Below are positions 1-10,712 of a stretch of DNA of 64,000 nt, in pieces. Source of the DNA: Candidatus Poribacteria bacterium (GTDB lineage Bacteria > Poribacteria > WGA-4E > WGA-3G); contig CAXXUA010000005.1 in NCBI GenBank assembly GCA_963663765.2, positions 1,696,001 to 1,760,000 on the forward strand, given 5' to 3'. Both the position numbers and the translations under genes were made by a program. A model generated the notes under the pieces. It worked only from the letters and a program-made list of their open reading frames with translations. It was not told the origin of the DNA and did not search any database. Positions within the stretch are counted from its first letter, which is position 1. Each line of letters starts with the position of its first letter.

Positions 1-30
1 ATGGGTTAACTGGCACAAGTCGTTATATTA

Positions 31-183
31 TACCATTTCATGTGATAATGTCTCATAAGCAGCGGAAATCTGGTAGGAGCAACCTCCCGGTCGCGACAGT
101 GAGGGCGCTCATACCGAAGAGAGTAACCCACTGCCAGTAAACAGTAGAATTCCTTAATCAGACAAGATTTATTTGAATTGGTA
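31..183. mobile_element. TACC-family MITE carrying a REP-A palindrome
   Basis: Ends TACCATTTCA...TGAATTGGTA. Near-identical copies at 687-838, 26465-26768, 38700-38853, 50368-50521 and 51246-51398, most flanked by TAA/TAA or TTA/TTA. Confidence 0.75.
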
Positions 184-184
184 T

Positions 185-677
185 CAATACCTTCGCCAAT
201 AAAAGACATTCTGCTAGATTGCAGGGTTATTTAGTTTTAAGAGTTTTCCATTATTAAGGTTTACTTAAAGTTAATATCCAAGGCCGGTAGGTGCGGTTTC
301 CTAACCGCACCGCATCCTACAGAGCAAGTCATTATGAAGGTTTTTGATCCAAATTCGGTGCGGTTAGGAAACCGCACCTACCGGCCTGGGTATAGCAGGT
401 GTTAAAAATTCGCAAGAATAATCGAAAACTGAATAACCCTGGCCAGATTGTGCGGGTAGTTGTAGCACATTCTGCCAGATTGTGCATATAAATTATTCTG
501 TCAGATTGCTGATATAGTCATTTCTATTGTCAAATTAGACGCTATGATAATTAAAAATACTTCAACGAAAACCTGAAGTTATTTTTATTTATGTAATCCT
601 AACAATATCACAGAGCAATGGTAGATCAACACTATATACTCATTCAACTGAAGCATTCAAAAATGGCGAAGGTATTG
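185..677. mobile_element. CAATACC-family MITE (copy 1) with a nested CAGGG MITE
   Basis: 14-bp TIR CAATACCTTCGCCA/TGGCGAAGGTATTG, 7-bp TSD TTGGTAT. Inverted copy at 2657-3286. Confidence 0.8.
222..441. mobile_element. CAGGG-family MITE with REP-B doublet
   Basis: TIR CAGGGTTATTTAGTTTT/AAAACTGAATAACCCTG, 9-bp TSD GCTAGATTG/GCCAGATTG. Near-identical to 31888-32107. Confidence 0.8.
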
Positions 678-686
678 TTGGTATAA

Positions 687-838
687 TACCATTTTCATGT
701 GATAATGTCTCATAAGCAGCGGAAATCTGGTAGGAGCAACCTCCCGGTCGCGACAGTGAGGGCGCTCATACCGAAGAGTAACCCACTGCCAGTAAACAGT
801 CGAATTCCTTAATCAGACAAGATTTATTTGAATTGGGA
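687..838. mobile_element. TACC-family MITE with REP-A
   Basis: Direct copy of 31-183. Confidence 0.7.
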
Positions 839-1027
839 TTATAGTGGATTTTAGAATTAATTTTACACTTTCAGGTGTAGGAGGGAACTCCGATTCCCGA
901 CTATCAAGACGTTCAGTTCTGGAAATCATGAAAATCCTGGTTCAGATAAAACGAAAATGTTTTCTTATGAAAACATGTAAGAAAATCTTCCTGAAAATCC
1001 ACACCATAGATAACGGAGACACCACAA

Positions 1028-2656
1028 ATGCAATCACCACACGGTTCAGCATTCCGTCCATCGGTCATGGGCAGCAACGGCATGGTTACATCAGGACACG
1101 TACTCGCTTCACAAGCTGGCATACAGACAATGATGGCTGGTGGCAACGCTGTTGACGCCGCAATCGCAACCGCCGCTGCACTCAATGCTGTGGAACCTGC
1201 GGGGTCCGGTGTCGGTGGAGACGGATTTATCCTCATCTATTGGGCAGAGACAGGACAGGTCGCAGCTGTAAACGCTACTGGACCCGCACCACGCGCCGCA
1301 ACCCGAGAAACCTATCTCAAAAATGGGGGTATTCCAATGAAAGGGATGCGAACCGTCTCTGTTCCAGGGCTCGTTGACGGATGGCTACTTGCACATGAAC
1401 GTTACGGGACCCTCAAATTAGATGAAGTTTTCGCACCAGCAATTTCTCTCTGTGAAGAAGGATTCCCCGTCAGCCACAGACTCGCAGGCAGTTTGCGTGG
1501 ACAAAACACAAACTTCGCTGCTGACCCACATACGCGCGCTATTTTCACAAACGAAGGCAACCCAATCCCCGCAGGTGAACGACTTGCAAATCCCAATCTC
1601 GGCACAACCCTACGCAAAATTGCAAAAGATGGTAGAGACATATTCTACGAAGGTAATATTGCTAAAGCCATAGATAAATTCAGCCACGCTCATACCGGGC
1701 TACTAACAGCAGAAGACCTCGCAAACTATCATGCACACTGGGACGATCCAATACACGTCAGCTACCGCGATTATGAAGTATACGAAATGCCTCCAAACTC
1801 AAGCGGACATATCTTATTGCAAGAATTAAACGTCGTAGAATTATTTGATCTGCAAACGTTGGGATACAACACTGCCGAAAGTGTGCATCTAATGGTTGAA
1901 GCGAAAAAACTCGCATTCGCCGATAGGGAAAAATATATGGCAGACCCAAATTGGGTGGATGTTCCAATAGAAGGACTGCTATCAAAATCTTATGCCGCAG
2001 AACAAGCAAAACGAATTGATTTGGAAAAGGCGGCATTTGATATTCCCGCAGGCGGTGCAGAAGCACATCAAGATACGACCTGCTTCTGCACCGCTGACCG
2101 CGCAGGAAATCTTGTTTGCATGCTACAGAGTATCCAATCAGGATTTGGCTCCGGTCTAATAGCAGGTGACACAGGCATTCTGCTAAACAACCGAATGACC
2201 TACTGGCATCTGGAAGAAGACCATCCGAATTGTCTGATACCCGGCAAACGTGTCCGCCATACAATGAATCCCGTCATCGTCACAAAAGATGGCAAACCCG
2301 TGTTAGCATGTGGTACACCGGGAGCAGATACACAAGTCCAAACAAACCTACAATTGGTCACACATGTCCTTGACTTCGGCATGACTCCACAAGAAGCAGT
2401 CTCCGCTCCGCGTTGGCGAAGTCTTCAAAACCCAATGGAATCCACTATCCCACACACATGTTCCAACCACCTACAGTTAGAAAAGCGATTCCCCTCAGAT
2501 ACTCAAGAAGGTTTAGCACAGAAAGGACATGAACTCCAACTTATAGGGGATTGGGGCGGTCCGGGCAGCGCACAAATGATACAGATCCATCACGAATCTG
2601 GTGCACTCATCGGCGGCTCCGACCCACGAACTGATGGATATGCTGTCACATATTAA
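1028..2656 (+). CDS. ggt: gamma-glutamyltransferase family protein
   Basis: GGNAVDAA, EP..SG.GGD, nucleophile Thr in DTTCFC, GILLNNRM and DPR motifs. Confidence 0.92.
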   Translation: MQSPHGSAFRPSVMGSNGMVTSGHVLASQAGIQTMMAGGNAVDAAIATAAALNAVEPAGSGVGGDGFILIYWAETGQVAAVNATGPAPRAATRETYLKNGGIPMKGMRTVSVPGLVDGWLLAHERYGTLKLDEVFAPAISLCEEGFPVSHRLAGSLRGQNTNFAADPHTRAIFTNEGNPIPAGERLANPNLGTTLRKIAKDGRDIFYEGNIAKAIDKFSHAHTGLLTAEDLANYHAHWDDPIHVSYRDYEVYEMPPNSSGHILLQELNVVELFDLQTLGYNTAESVHLMVEAKKLAFADREKYMADPNWVDVPIEGLLSKSYAAEQAKRIDLEKAAFDIPAGGAEAHQDTTCFCTADRAGNLVCMLQSIQSGFGSGLIAGDTGILLNNRMTYWHLEEDHPNCLIPGKRVRHTMNPVIVTKDGKPVLACGTPGADTQVQTNLQLVTHVLDFGMTPQEAVSAPRWRSLQNPMESTIPHTCSNHLQLEKRFPSDTQEGLAQKGHELQLIGDWGGPGSAQMIQIHHESGALIGGSDPRTDGYAVTY

Positions 2657-3286
2657 CAATACCTTCGCCATTTTTGAGTGCTTCAGTTGAATGAGTATAT
2701 AGTGTTGATCTACCATTGCTCTGTGATATTGTTAGGATTATATAAATAAAAATAACTTCAGGTTTTCGTTGAAGTATTTTTTATCATAGCAGGGTTATTT
2801 AGTTTTAAGAGTTTTCTGTTATTGAGATTTACTGAAAGTTAATACCCAGGTTTGGTTTCCTAACCGAACTTTCTGCATCAGTTTTAGATTATTGAAAAAT
2901 GAATATCGCTCTTTAGTCCCGTAGGGACGATATGTTTATAGAAAACGAATACCCTCCCCAGTTCTTTAGTCCCGTAGGGACGATATGTTTATTTTTCTAT
3001 GTCGTTCCTACGGAACTCAAGAGGGATAGATAACATGTTTCTATAAACATATCGTCCCTACGGGACTAAAGACATGGACAAGATGGCAACACATAATATT
3101 AACGACATAGCAAAATATTATCAATAATATTGAAAACTGAATAACCCTGTTATCACATCCTCTAATTTGACAATAGAAATGACTATATCAGCAATCCGAC
3201 AGAATAATTTATAGGCACAATCTGGCAGAATGTGCTACAACTGCCCGCACAATCTGGAAGAATGTCTATTATTGGCGAAGGTATTG
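2657..3286. mobile_element. CAATACC-family MITE (copy 2, inverted) with a nested CAGGG MITE
   Basis: Same 14-bp TIR. Its 7-bp TSD ATATTAA includes the ggt stop codon. Confidence 0.8.
2790..3149. mobile_element. CAGGG-family MITE with REP-C cargo
   Basis: 17-bp TIRs, diverged TSD TTATCATAG/TTATCACAT. The empty site is visible in copy 185-677. Confidence 0.75.
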
Positions 3287-3329
3287 ATATTAACTATAGT
3301 AGAATATACAATTAATTCTACATCATGGA

Positions 3330-3477
3330 GGTAGGAGTGACCTCCCGGTCGCGACCGTTGTCATTCCTACAGTGGTGGTAGGTGCGACCTCCTGGTCGTG
3401 ACTGTGGTCATTCCTACAGTGGTAGGAGCAACCTCCCAGTCGCGACCGTGGTAGGAGCGACCTCCTGGTCGCGACCG
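3330..3477 (+). repeat. REP-A cluster (GTAGGAGCGACCTCCYGGTCGCGACC)
   Basis: Four GTAG-headed hairpin units. Confidence 0.8.
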
Positions 3478-3526
3478 TTAATTCACCATAATAACTCTGG
3501 ATATACACTGAATACGGAGAGACACA

Positions 3527-4585
3527 ATGAAAATCTTAGTCACAGGCGGCACAGGACGCATCGGTTCAAACCTCACAAAAAAACTATTAGAAAAGGGACA
3601 CAAAATCCGATGTTTTACATATCCCGGCGATGCTAACCGTGTTGACAGATGGAAAGATACTGAAAACGTTGAAACCGTCCTCGGCGATCTTCGCGAATAC
3701 GAAGATGTCAAAAGTGCCGTTGAAGACGTTGATGCTATATATCATATCGCAGCAGCCTTCGGCGGTCCGTTCAATCACCGCGACTATTTAGCCATCAACG
3801 GAATGGGAACGCTCAATATATTAGAATGTGTCCGTGAATTCAACCCAAACATTCACCGTCTCGTCTATGCATGCACAGAAGCAATCTATTGGCGAATGAC
3901 CGAAAAAGGCAGACTCTTCAATGAACACATCACAGAGGATATGGTCGCAAAATATCACCACATGCCATACTTCCTAACAAAATGGATCGGCGAAGAACTC
4001 TGTATGTCATATCACCATCAGTTTAAAGTACCATCCACTGTGTTTCGGTTCACCACTGTCATTGAACCCAGTGAATTCCTCAATCAAGACGGACTCCCAA
4101 AAAACTTCGTTTTTAGTCAGATACACAACAGATACAAAAACTACAAAGGCAACGATCCCGCAGAATTAGAAACCGCCGAAGTAGTCAAAAAAGCGTGGAA
4201 TGGAGAAGAAAAGTTCATACTCAAACGTAACCCTGACGGTAGACCCTACAAAGAACATTTCACCGATATTCGAGATATTGTGCAGGGATTGCTTTTAGGA
4301 ATTGAAAAAGATACTGCTACCGGGCAAGAGTTCACACTCGGTGGTAAAGGTGTTTTCAAACACGAAGAGGTAATACCATATCTATGCAAACGCTACAAAA
4401 TGGATTTCGCTGATATAAAACTCACAAACCCAAATTATTTTGAGTTTGACCTCACAAAAATCAAAACACTTCTTGACTTTGAACCGCAGCACGACATAGC
4501 AAGCATCATTGATGCAACAGAAGCAATGCAACGCGGTGAAGATGTCGGCATCATACCAACAGGCATCCGATGGGAAAAACGCTAA
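3527..4585 (+). CDS. NAD(P)-dependent epimerase/dehydratase
   Basis: TGGTGRIG Rossmann motif and YFLTK (YxxxK). Confidence 0.85.
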   Translation: MKILVTGGTGRIGSNLTKKLLEKGHKIRCFTYPGDANRVDRWKDTENVETVLGDLREYEDVKSAVEDVDAIYHIAAAFGGPFNHRDYLAINGMGTLNILECVREFNPNIHRLVYACTEAIYWRMTEKGRLFNEHITEDMVAKYHHMPYFLTKWIGEELCMSYHHQFKVPSTVFRFTTVIEPSEFLNQDGLPKNFVFSQIHNRYKNYKGNDPAELETAEVVKKAWNGEEKFILKRNPDGRPYKEHFTDIRDIVQGLLLGIEKDTATGQEFTLGGKGVFKHEEVIPYLCKRYKMDFADIKLTNPNYFEFDLTKIKTLLDFEPQHDIASIIDATEAMQRGEDVGIIPTGIRWEKR

Positions 4586-4677
4586 TTTCCCTTGAAAAAT
4601 AACAAAAAATGCGTTAAACTTAATACATTACACCACACCTTTGACCACAAGCATTGATAATGTATAGGAGAACACCA

Positions 4678-6342
4678 ATGAAAACAACATTTTGGACAAC
4701 ATATAGGTACGGGGCAATCCTACTGCTCCTCGCCTTTTTCGTAGCAAGTTGTGCAACAGTCACAACAATGACAAGAACCGATACACACGTCCCCTCAAGC
4801 ACAAAACACTTGGACAGACACATCAATGCTGTCCTAAAACGAGAAGGACTACAACCCTCAAGACAAACAACCGATGCCGAATTTCTTAGACGCATCTATT
4901 TGGATATGACAGGAAAAATACCCACACGAGATCAAGTGTTAGATTTTGTTGATGACGGCGCATCAAACAAACGCGCAAAACTCATTGACGAACTTATCGG
5001 CAGCGAAGATTCTGTTAAATTCTGGACAAACAAATGGGTGAACTGGCTCATCGGAAGACGCGACGATGGCGATGACAGACGCGTCGGTCTAAATACATGG
5101 GTAGAAGAAGCCATCCAAACCAACATCCCTTACAACGAATTTGTCCGAGAACTTGTCGCCGCTGATGGAGAAATAAAGGATAACCCCGCAGGAAACTACG
5201 TCCTACGATATGAACGGTCACCAGTCGTCTTAACCTCTCATACCTCACGCCTCTTCCTCGGACTCCCAATGCAATGCGCTGAATGCCACGACCATAAAAC
5301 TGAAGCATGGCTACAAGAAGATTTCTACGGAGTCGCCGCATTCTTCACAGGTATTCAAAGTGAGGAAAGAGGAAACATCGAAACCACAGATATGATCGGC
5401 GATATGAAAACAATGGAGAATTACTACATCTTCTATAACCCAAAACAGAATAAGGATATCTATGTTGAAAGTATGAATGAATCTGTCTCACCACGGTTCC
5501 TTGACGGCACAGATTATGATGGGGAACTCAACAATAAACGAGAAGCACTCGCAGATTGGATAACAGCCGACACAAACCCATACTTCAGCAAAGCCATCGT
5601 AAACCGTATCTGGAAACACTTTATGGGACGCGGTTTCGTTGAACCCATCGACGGCTTCGGAGAAGAATATCCCGCATCCAATCCTGAACTCCTCGCATGG
5701 TTAGCAGAAGATTTCGTCATTCACAGATACGACCTGCAACACCTGATGCGCATCATCCTAAATTCAAACACATATCAACGAAGCTCTGAAACAAATAAAA
5801 GCAACGAAGATGATGAATTCTACTACTCGCACGCATATATGAAACCTTTGAGTGCTGAACAATTCTTCTACTCTTTGATTCAAGCAACAGATTTTGACAG
5901 ACGCCAACACTTAGATATGGGTGGATTAGGCAACAAAAGTGGAGATGAACGCATGGACAAGTTACGAGGCTTTGAGCGAGAAAAACGCGAACATCTCAAA
6001 AAATTCCTATTCCTACTTGACAACGGAGAAATGGAAGAAATTGAAGCATTCAACGGTACCGTACCACAAGCTCTCATGATGATAAACGGTGATATGGTAA
6101 CTGAAAGTTCCAACTACAAAAAACGCGGAAGTTTCATAAACTACGTCCTTCAAAACTGGAGAGAAACACCCGAAAGGGTTGAATACATATATCTCTCCGT
6201 CCTCTCACGCAAACCAACTGCTAAAGAACAAACCTTTTTCAAACGCTACTTAGATAGAAGTAATTACAGAGAGAAAAGTTTGGCTTACGAAGACCTCTAT
6301 TGGGTACTTCTGAACTCAGCAGAGTTCTCGCTAAACCATTAG
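4678..6342 (+). CDS. DUF1549/DUF1553 (PSD1-type) lipoprotein with CxxCH motif
   Basis: FLRRIYLD.TG..P, FLG..MQCAECHDHK, VNRIW.H.MGRG.V.P.D and S.TYQ.SS motifs; lipobox VASC. Start moved to the ATG after RBS AGGAG. Confidence 0.85.
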   Translation: MKTTFWTTYRYGAILLLLAFFVASCATVTTMTRTDTHVPSSTKHLDRHINAVLKREGLQPSRQTTDAEFLRRIYLDMTGKIPTRDQVLDFVDDGASNKRAKLIDELIGSEDSVKFWTNKWVNWLIGRRDDGDDRRVGLNTWVEEAIQTNIPYNEFVRELVAADGEIKDNPAGNYVLRYERSPVVLTSHTSRLFLGLPMQCAECHDHKTEAWLQEDFYGVAAFFTGIQSEERGNIETTDMIGDMKTMENYYIFYNPKQNKDIYVESMNESVSPRFLDGTDYDGELNNKREALADWITADTNPYFSKAIVNRIWKHFMGRGFVEPIDGFGEEYPASNPELLAWLAEDFVIHRYDLQHLMRIILNSNTYQRSSETNKSNEDDEFYYSHAYMKPLSAEQFFYSLIQATDFDRRQHLDMGGLGNKSGDERMDKLRGFEREKREHLKKFLFLLDNGEMEEIEAFNGTVPQALMMINGDMVTESSNYKKRGSFINYVLQNWRETPERVEYIYLSVLSRKPTAKEQTFFKRYLDRSNYREKSLAYEDLYWVLLNSAEFSLNH

Positions 6343-6351
6343 AACCAATGC

Positions 6352-6382
6352 AGACGGTTCGTCTATAAACGAACCGTCTTTC
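6352..6382 (+). terminator. probable intrinsic terminator
   Basis: AGACGGTTCGT...ACGAACCGTCT hairpin followed by a short T run. Confidence 0.5.
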
Positions 6383-6403
6383 TATATATAGGAGAATTAC
6401 CAA

Positions 6404-7129
6404 ATGAAAAAACTTAGCATATTAATCCTCTTATGTTGTTTCACCCTTAGTTTTACAACGATTACCTCATCTCAAATCTACTTTGAAGATGACTTTGACA
6501 ACGTCAATGAATCTCAAGAGAAGTGGACTCCCTTGTGGGGAACCTGGGAATTCAAAGATAAGGAATACCATCAACTCCTAAATGATTCCAATTGCATGAG
6601 CATTGTAACAGACAAATATTGGGAAGAAGATTGGAACGATTACACATTTGAAGTACGCGGCAATAAAATCAGTGGCGCCGAAGGTTTCTTGATTATGTTC
6701 AGGTGTCAAGGCACAATGAATCCCCGTGGGAAAAACCTTGAAACACATCCGCCACGCATGCAAAACCAAGATCAATTAGAATACTGGTGGAACCTTGGCG
6801 GGTGGAATAATACTCGTTCACAAATTGAAACTTGGGGCGTCAGTGCCGGTCAAGCTGGTGCAAATAGCAGCCACACCATTGACACTGATGAATGGTATAA
6901 CATCAAAATCGTCAATACCCCCACAAGTTATACGCTAATTATCAATGATGAAGAGGTACACGAAATTAGCGATAATAGCAGAGACGGTGTCGGTAGAATC
7001 GGTGTCGCAACATGGAATACCACGGCAAGATTCGAAGATGTCCTCGTCTATGGTCCCAAAGGGGCTTTACCTGTTGACCCCAACGGCAAAATCGCTACAA
7101 GTTGGGGACTCATCAAAGCCGGAAGATAG
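6404..7129 (+). CDS. secreted concanavalin-like (DUF1080/LamG-like) protein with C-terminal VDPxGKIATSWGLIK motif
   Basis: Signal peptide; beta-sandwich motifs FEDDFD, WYNIKI, GRIGV and FEDVLVY. Confidence 0.65.
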   Translation: MKKLSILILLCCFTLSFTTITSSQIYFEDDFDNVNESQEKWTPLWGTWEFKDKEYHQLLNDSNCMSIVTDKYWEEDWNDYTFEVRGNKISGAEGFLIMFRCQGTMNPRGKNLETHPPRMQNQDQLEYWWNLGGWNNTRSQIETWGVSAGQAGANSSHTIDTDEWYNIKIVNTPTSYTLIINDEEVHEISDNSRDGVGRIGVATWNTTARFEDVLVYGPKGALPVDPNGKIATSWGLIKAGR

Positions 7130-7230
7130 TATATTGTTGGAGGGGTTTCTAACCTCGTTTTGATTACCACACCAACACTATATATATATAGTAATATAGT
7201 AACCTTTACTACAAAAAAGGAGCATACAAT

Positions 7231-7947
7231 ATGAAAAGGTTGAGTACGTTTATTCTCTTATGTTGTTTAACTTTCGGACTTGTAACTACCGCAATGTCAC
7301 AAGTCTACTTTCAAGATGATTTTGAGCAACCAAGTGAATCTGAAATGAAATGGGTGCCACTCTTCGGAAACTGGCAAATCGCAGATGGCGTATATAAACA
7401 ATCCGCAAATAGTGTCAATTGTATCAGCCTCGTCGCAGACGAATACTGGGACGAAAGTTGGAACAGCTACACCTATGAAGTCCGAGGCAGCAAAGTCGGT
7501 GGTGCTGAAGGATTCTTGATATTATACAGATGCATGGGACTCATGCAAGACAGAGGACAATCACTCGCTGCACATCCACCACGTATGATAGACCAACCAC
7601 GTTTAGAATACTGGTGGAACATCGGCGGCTGGGGAAACACACAGTCAACAGTAGAATCCTGGGGCGGCACTGGCACCGGTTTTACCACGCACAAAGTCGT
7701 TACTGGAGACTGGTACAATATCAAAATCGTAAACACACCTACAAGTTATACGCTCTACTATAATGATGAAATGGTAGAAGAAGTAAGTGATTCCGCCCAA
7801 GATGGGCACGGACGCATCGGTCTCGGAACCTGGGCAACTATGGCAAACTATGATGACGTCCTCGTCTACGGACCCGATGGTCCCACACCCGTTGACCCAA
7901 AAGGCAAAATCGCTACAAGTTGGGGACTCATCAAAGCCGGAAGATAA
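7231..7947 (+). CDS. secreted concanavalin-like protein, paralogue of 6404-7129
   Basis: Colinear motifs and an almost identical C-terminal tail. Confidence 0.65.
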   Translation: MKRLSTFILLCCLTFGLVTTAMSQVYFQDDFEQPSESEMKWVPLFGNWQIADGVYKQSANSVNCISLVADEYWDESWNSYTYEVRGSKVGGAEGFLILYRCMGLMQDRGQSLAAHPPRMIDQPRLEYWWNIGGWGNTQSTVESWGGTGTGFTTHKVVTGDWYNIKIVNTPTSYTLYYNDEMVEEVSDSAQDGHGRIGLGTWATMANYDDVLVYGPDGPTPVDPKGKIATSWGLIKAGR

Positions 7948-7972
7948 GTTCTCCCGCAACTAACATTTAATG

Positions 7973-8009
7973 GAGGTAGCGTCATCACAGATGGCACTAC
8001 CTCTTTTTT
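7973..8009 (+). terminator. intrinsic terminator
   Basis: GAGGTAG..CATC/GATG..CTACCTC hairpin plus TTTTTT. Confidence 0.65.
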
Positions 8010-8039
8010 AGTAAATAAAAACAAATCAAAGGCAAAAAA

Positions 8040-8435
8040 ATGGAAGAACATTCAAAATACGACGAATTACAAACACATATAAGACAACTAAAAACACTAC
8101 CAATAGAAACATGGGAGAACAAATACAGCGACAAAGACTATACAATAGAAATAACCAACCTTGAATTTACTGCTGTCTGCCCCAAAACAGGTCTACCCGA
8201 TTACGCAACAATCCGCATCACCTATGTCCCAGACAAACACTGCGTTGAACTCAAGTCCCTCAAAGAATACTTTGTCTTCTATCGGGATATCGGCATATTC
8301 CATGAGCATCTCGTCAACAAAGTACTTGAAGACTTCGTCGCAGCCTGCCAACCACGCTCCGCAGAAGTCGTCGGCGATTTCAACATCCGCGGCGGCATCA
8401 AAACCATCGTCACCGCAAACTATCAAATGAAATAA
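8040..8435 (+). CDS. queF: NADPH-dependent preQ0 reductase (unimodular QueF)
   Basis: EFTAVCPKTGLPD, ELKSLK, FHE and RGGI motifs. Confidence 0.93.
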   Translation: MEEHSKYDELQTHIRQLKTLPIETWENKYSDKDYTIEITNLEFTAVCPKTGLPDYATIRITYVPDKHCVELKSLKEYFVFYRDIGIFHEHLVNKVLEDFVAACQPRSAEVVGDFNIRGGIKTIVTANYQMK

Positions 8436-8568
8436 TTCAAACCAAACCCACAACCTCCTCCCTGGTAGGAGCGACCTCCCGGTCGCGACCGTCACGCAAA
8501 ACACCGTCACGACCAGGCGGCCCCTCCTACGAACAACCAACAGATCATTACATACAATGGAGGAAACC

Positions 8569-8673
8569 ATGCGAAAAAGATCCCAACCAAGACACAATCA
8601 ATTACGAAAAGGTCGACGCTCAATTCCTGGTGCATATTATTCTATAACCTTGTCAACACAAAATCGAGACCCA
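8569..8673 (+). pseudogene. truncated REP-associated tyrosine transposase (RAYT) N-terminus
   Basis: RBS GGAGG then MRKRSQPRHNQLRKGRRSIPGAYYSITLSTQNRDP, resembling RAYT N-termini. Cut by the MITE at 8674 and flanked by REP-A units. Confidence 0.65.
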
Positions 8674-9192
8674 CAGGGTAATTCAGTTTTAGGAGTTTTC
8701 TGTTATTGAGATTTACTGAAAGTTAATACCCAAATGAGGTTTTCTAAATGCACGTTATACATCAATTTTAGATTATTGAAACATGAACATCGCTCTTTAG
8801 TCCCGTAGGGACGATATGTTTATAGAAAACGAGTGCCCTTCCCAGTTCTTTAGTCCCGTAGGGACGATATGTTTATAGAAAACGAGTGCCCTTCCCAGTT
8901 CTTTAGTCCCGTAGGGACGAAATGTTTATAGAAAACGAGTGCCCTTCCCAGTTCTTTAGTCCCGTAGGGACGAAATGTTTATAGAAAACGAGTGCCCTTC
9001 CCAGTTCTTTAGTCCCGTAGGGACGAAATGTTTATTCTTCTATGCCGTTCCTACGGAACTCAAGAGGAGTAGATAACATTTTACTATAAACATATCGTCC
9101 CTACGGGACTAAAGACATGGACAAGATAGTAACACATATAATTAACGTTATAGCAAATAATCATCAAAAAAACCTAAAACTGAATAACCCTG
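8674..9192. mobile_element. CAGGG-family MITE with REP-C tandem array (53-bp period, 5 units)
   Basis: TIRs present but no matching TSD, which suggests an adjacent deletion. Confidence 0.75.
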
Positions 9193-9201
9193 CTCCCCCC
9201 C

Positions 9202-10490
9202 GTAGGAGCGACCTCCCGGTCACGAACGTTTTACACAAAATCCGCGATACAAACACACACAGGTCACGACCGTCACACAATACACAGTCGCGACCAGGAG
9301 GTTGCTCCTACCAGATCGCTACTGTCATACAAACACGCACAGCTCGCAAACGTCATGCAAAACACAGTCGCAAACGTAAACCCAAAGTCACAACCTCCTC
9401 CCTGGTAGGAGCGACCTCCCGGTCGGGACCGTTTTACACAAAATCCGCGATACAAACACGCACAGGTCACGAACGTCATACAACCTCCCGGTCGCTAACG
9501 TCACACAATACAAGATCGCGAACGTCAAACCAAACCCACAACCTCCCCGGTCGCAAACGTCAAACCAAACACTCAACAACCTCTCTGGTAGGAGCGACCT
9601 CCTGTTCGCGAACGTTTTACCCAAAATCCACGATACAAACACGCACAGGTCGAGAACATCACACATTATACCAAATTAACTTGAACTGTCTCGTTCAAGG
9701 CGCGGTTAGGAAACAGCACCATAGGCGTCAATTAAAGAAAAGATGTTGGTGTTTCTCGTGTGGGTGGGTTTTCAACCCCGATTTGGCAATTTGAAACCTG
9801 TATAATCGGGGTTGAAAACCCCTCACATATTGGTGTAAACTTAAGAATACGCTTGTATTACTATGACTCCATGTCAATACCTAATGTTATTGGGATTGTC
9901 TTATATACAGTCCCGTAGGGACGATATGTTTATAGATCACACACGAACAACCGTCCGTTAGTCCCGTAGGGACGATATGTTTATAGATCACACACGAACA
10001 ACCGTCCGTTAGTCCCGTAGGGACGATATGTTTGTACGAACCCCATCTTATAAACATATCGTCCCTACGGGACTAAAGAGGGTGGTGGCATCGTTTATCT
10101 ATAAACATATCGTCCCTACGGGACTAAATATAGGACAGTTCAATCCCGATAAGGGTTAAGAAGCACTCATAAACACATAAACGTATTCTTAAGTTTACAC
10201 CTATGGGGTTGAAAACCCCTCCCACAATACGTCAAAATCCTTAATTTGACGCCTATGATTCGGTTAGGAAACAACATCTACCATCGGAAAAAGATAAATT
10301 CCGTTAATTTGGTATTACACGTTCGCGACCGTCAACCCAAACCCACAACCTCCCGATCGCAAACGTCAAACCAAACCCACAACCTCCCCCGGTAGGAGCG
10401 ACCTCCCGGTCGCGACCGTTTTACCCAAAATCCGCGATACAAACACTCAACGCCCCCGGTAGGAGCGACCTCCCGGTCACGACCGTCACG
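9202..10490 (+). repeat. degenerate REP-A array interrupted by a nested MITE stack
   Basis: Repeated GTAGGAGCGACCTCC..GGTC units with recurring linkers CAAAATCCGCGATACAAACAC. Confidence 0.7.
9669..10314. mobile_element. three-level nested MITE stack: TACC shell containing CAT MITE 9720-10257, which contains CAT MITE 9828-10205
   Basis: Outer TIR TACCAAATTAAC/GTTAATTTGGTA with TTA TSD. Inner TIRs CATAGGCGTCAA and (T/C)AT(T/A)GGTGTAAACTTAAGAA with ~19-20 bp duplications. Confidence 0.7.
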
Positions 10491-10537
10491 AAAAAAGAAA
10501 AGAGTAGAGAATTTGCTGGCACAAACTCTCTACTCTT
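10491..10537 (-). terminator. intrinsic terminator downstream of the large surface-protein gene
   Basis: AAGAGTAGAGA..TCTCTACTCTT hairpin with U tail on the minus strand. Confidence 0.6.
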
Positions 10538-10712
10538 ATTAGGTTAGTTAGATAGGTAAGGTTAGTAATAGCACCAATAGGAAACCGCTGCAACGGCAAT
10601 TTACATCAGTCCCCTAAAGGTGTATTATGTATTAGATGAAATTCCTTCTATAAGGATACTGCAGTGTCCTTATATATAAGGAGAACTTGGTTAAATATCC
10701 CTGAATTTAACC

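Noticed and set aside
9117-9794. ORFs containing VGATSRSRP / GRSDLLVAT / VATGRSLL peptides (also near 3.3, 16.1, 20.0-20.8, 21.6, 24.4 and 26.6 kb)
   Set aside because: REP-A translated in different frames, with no independent evidence of coding.
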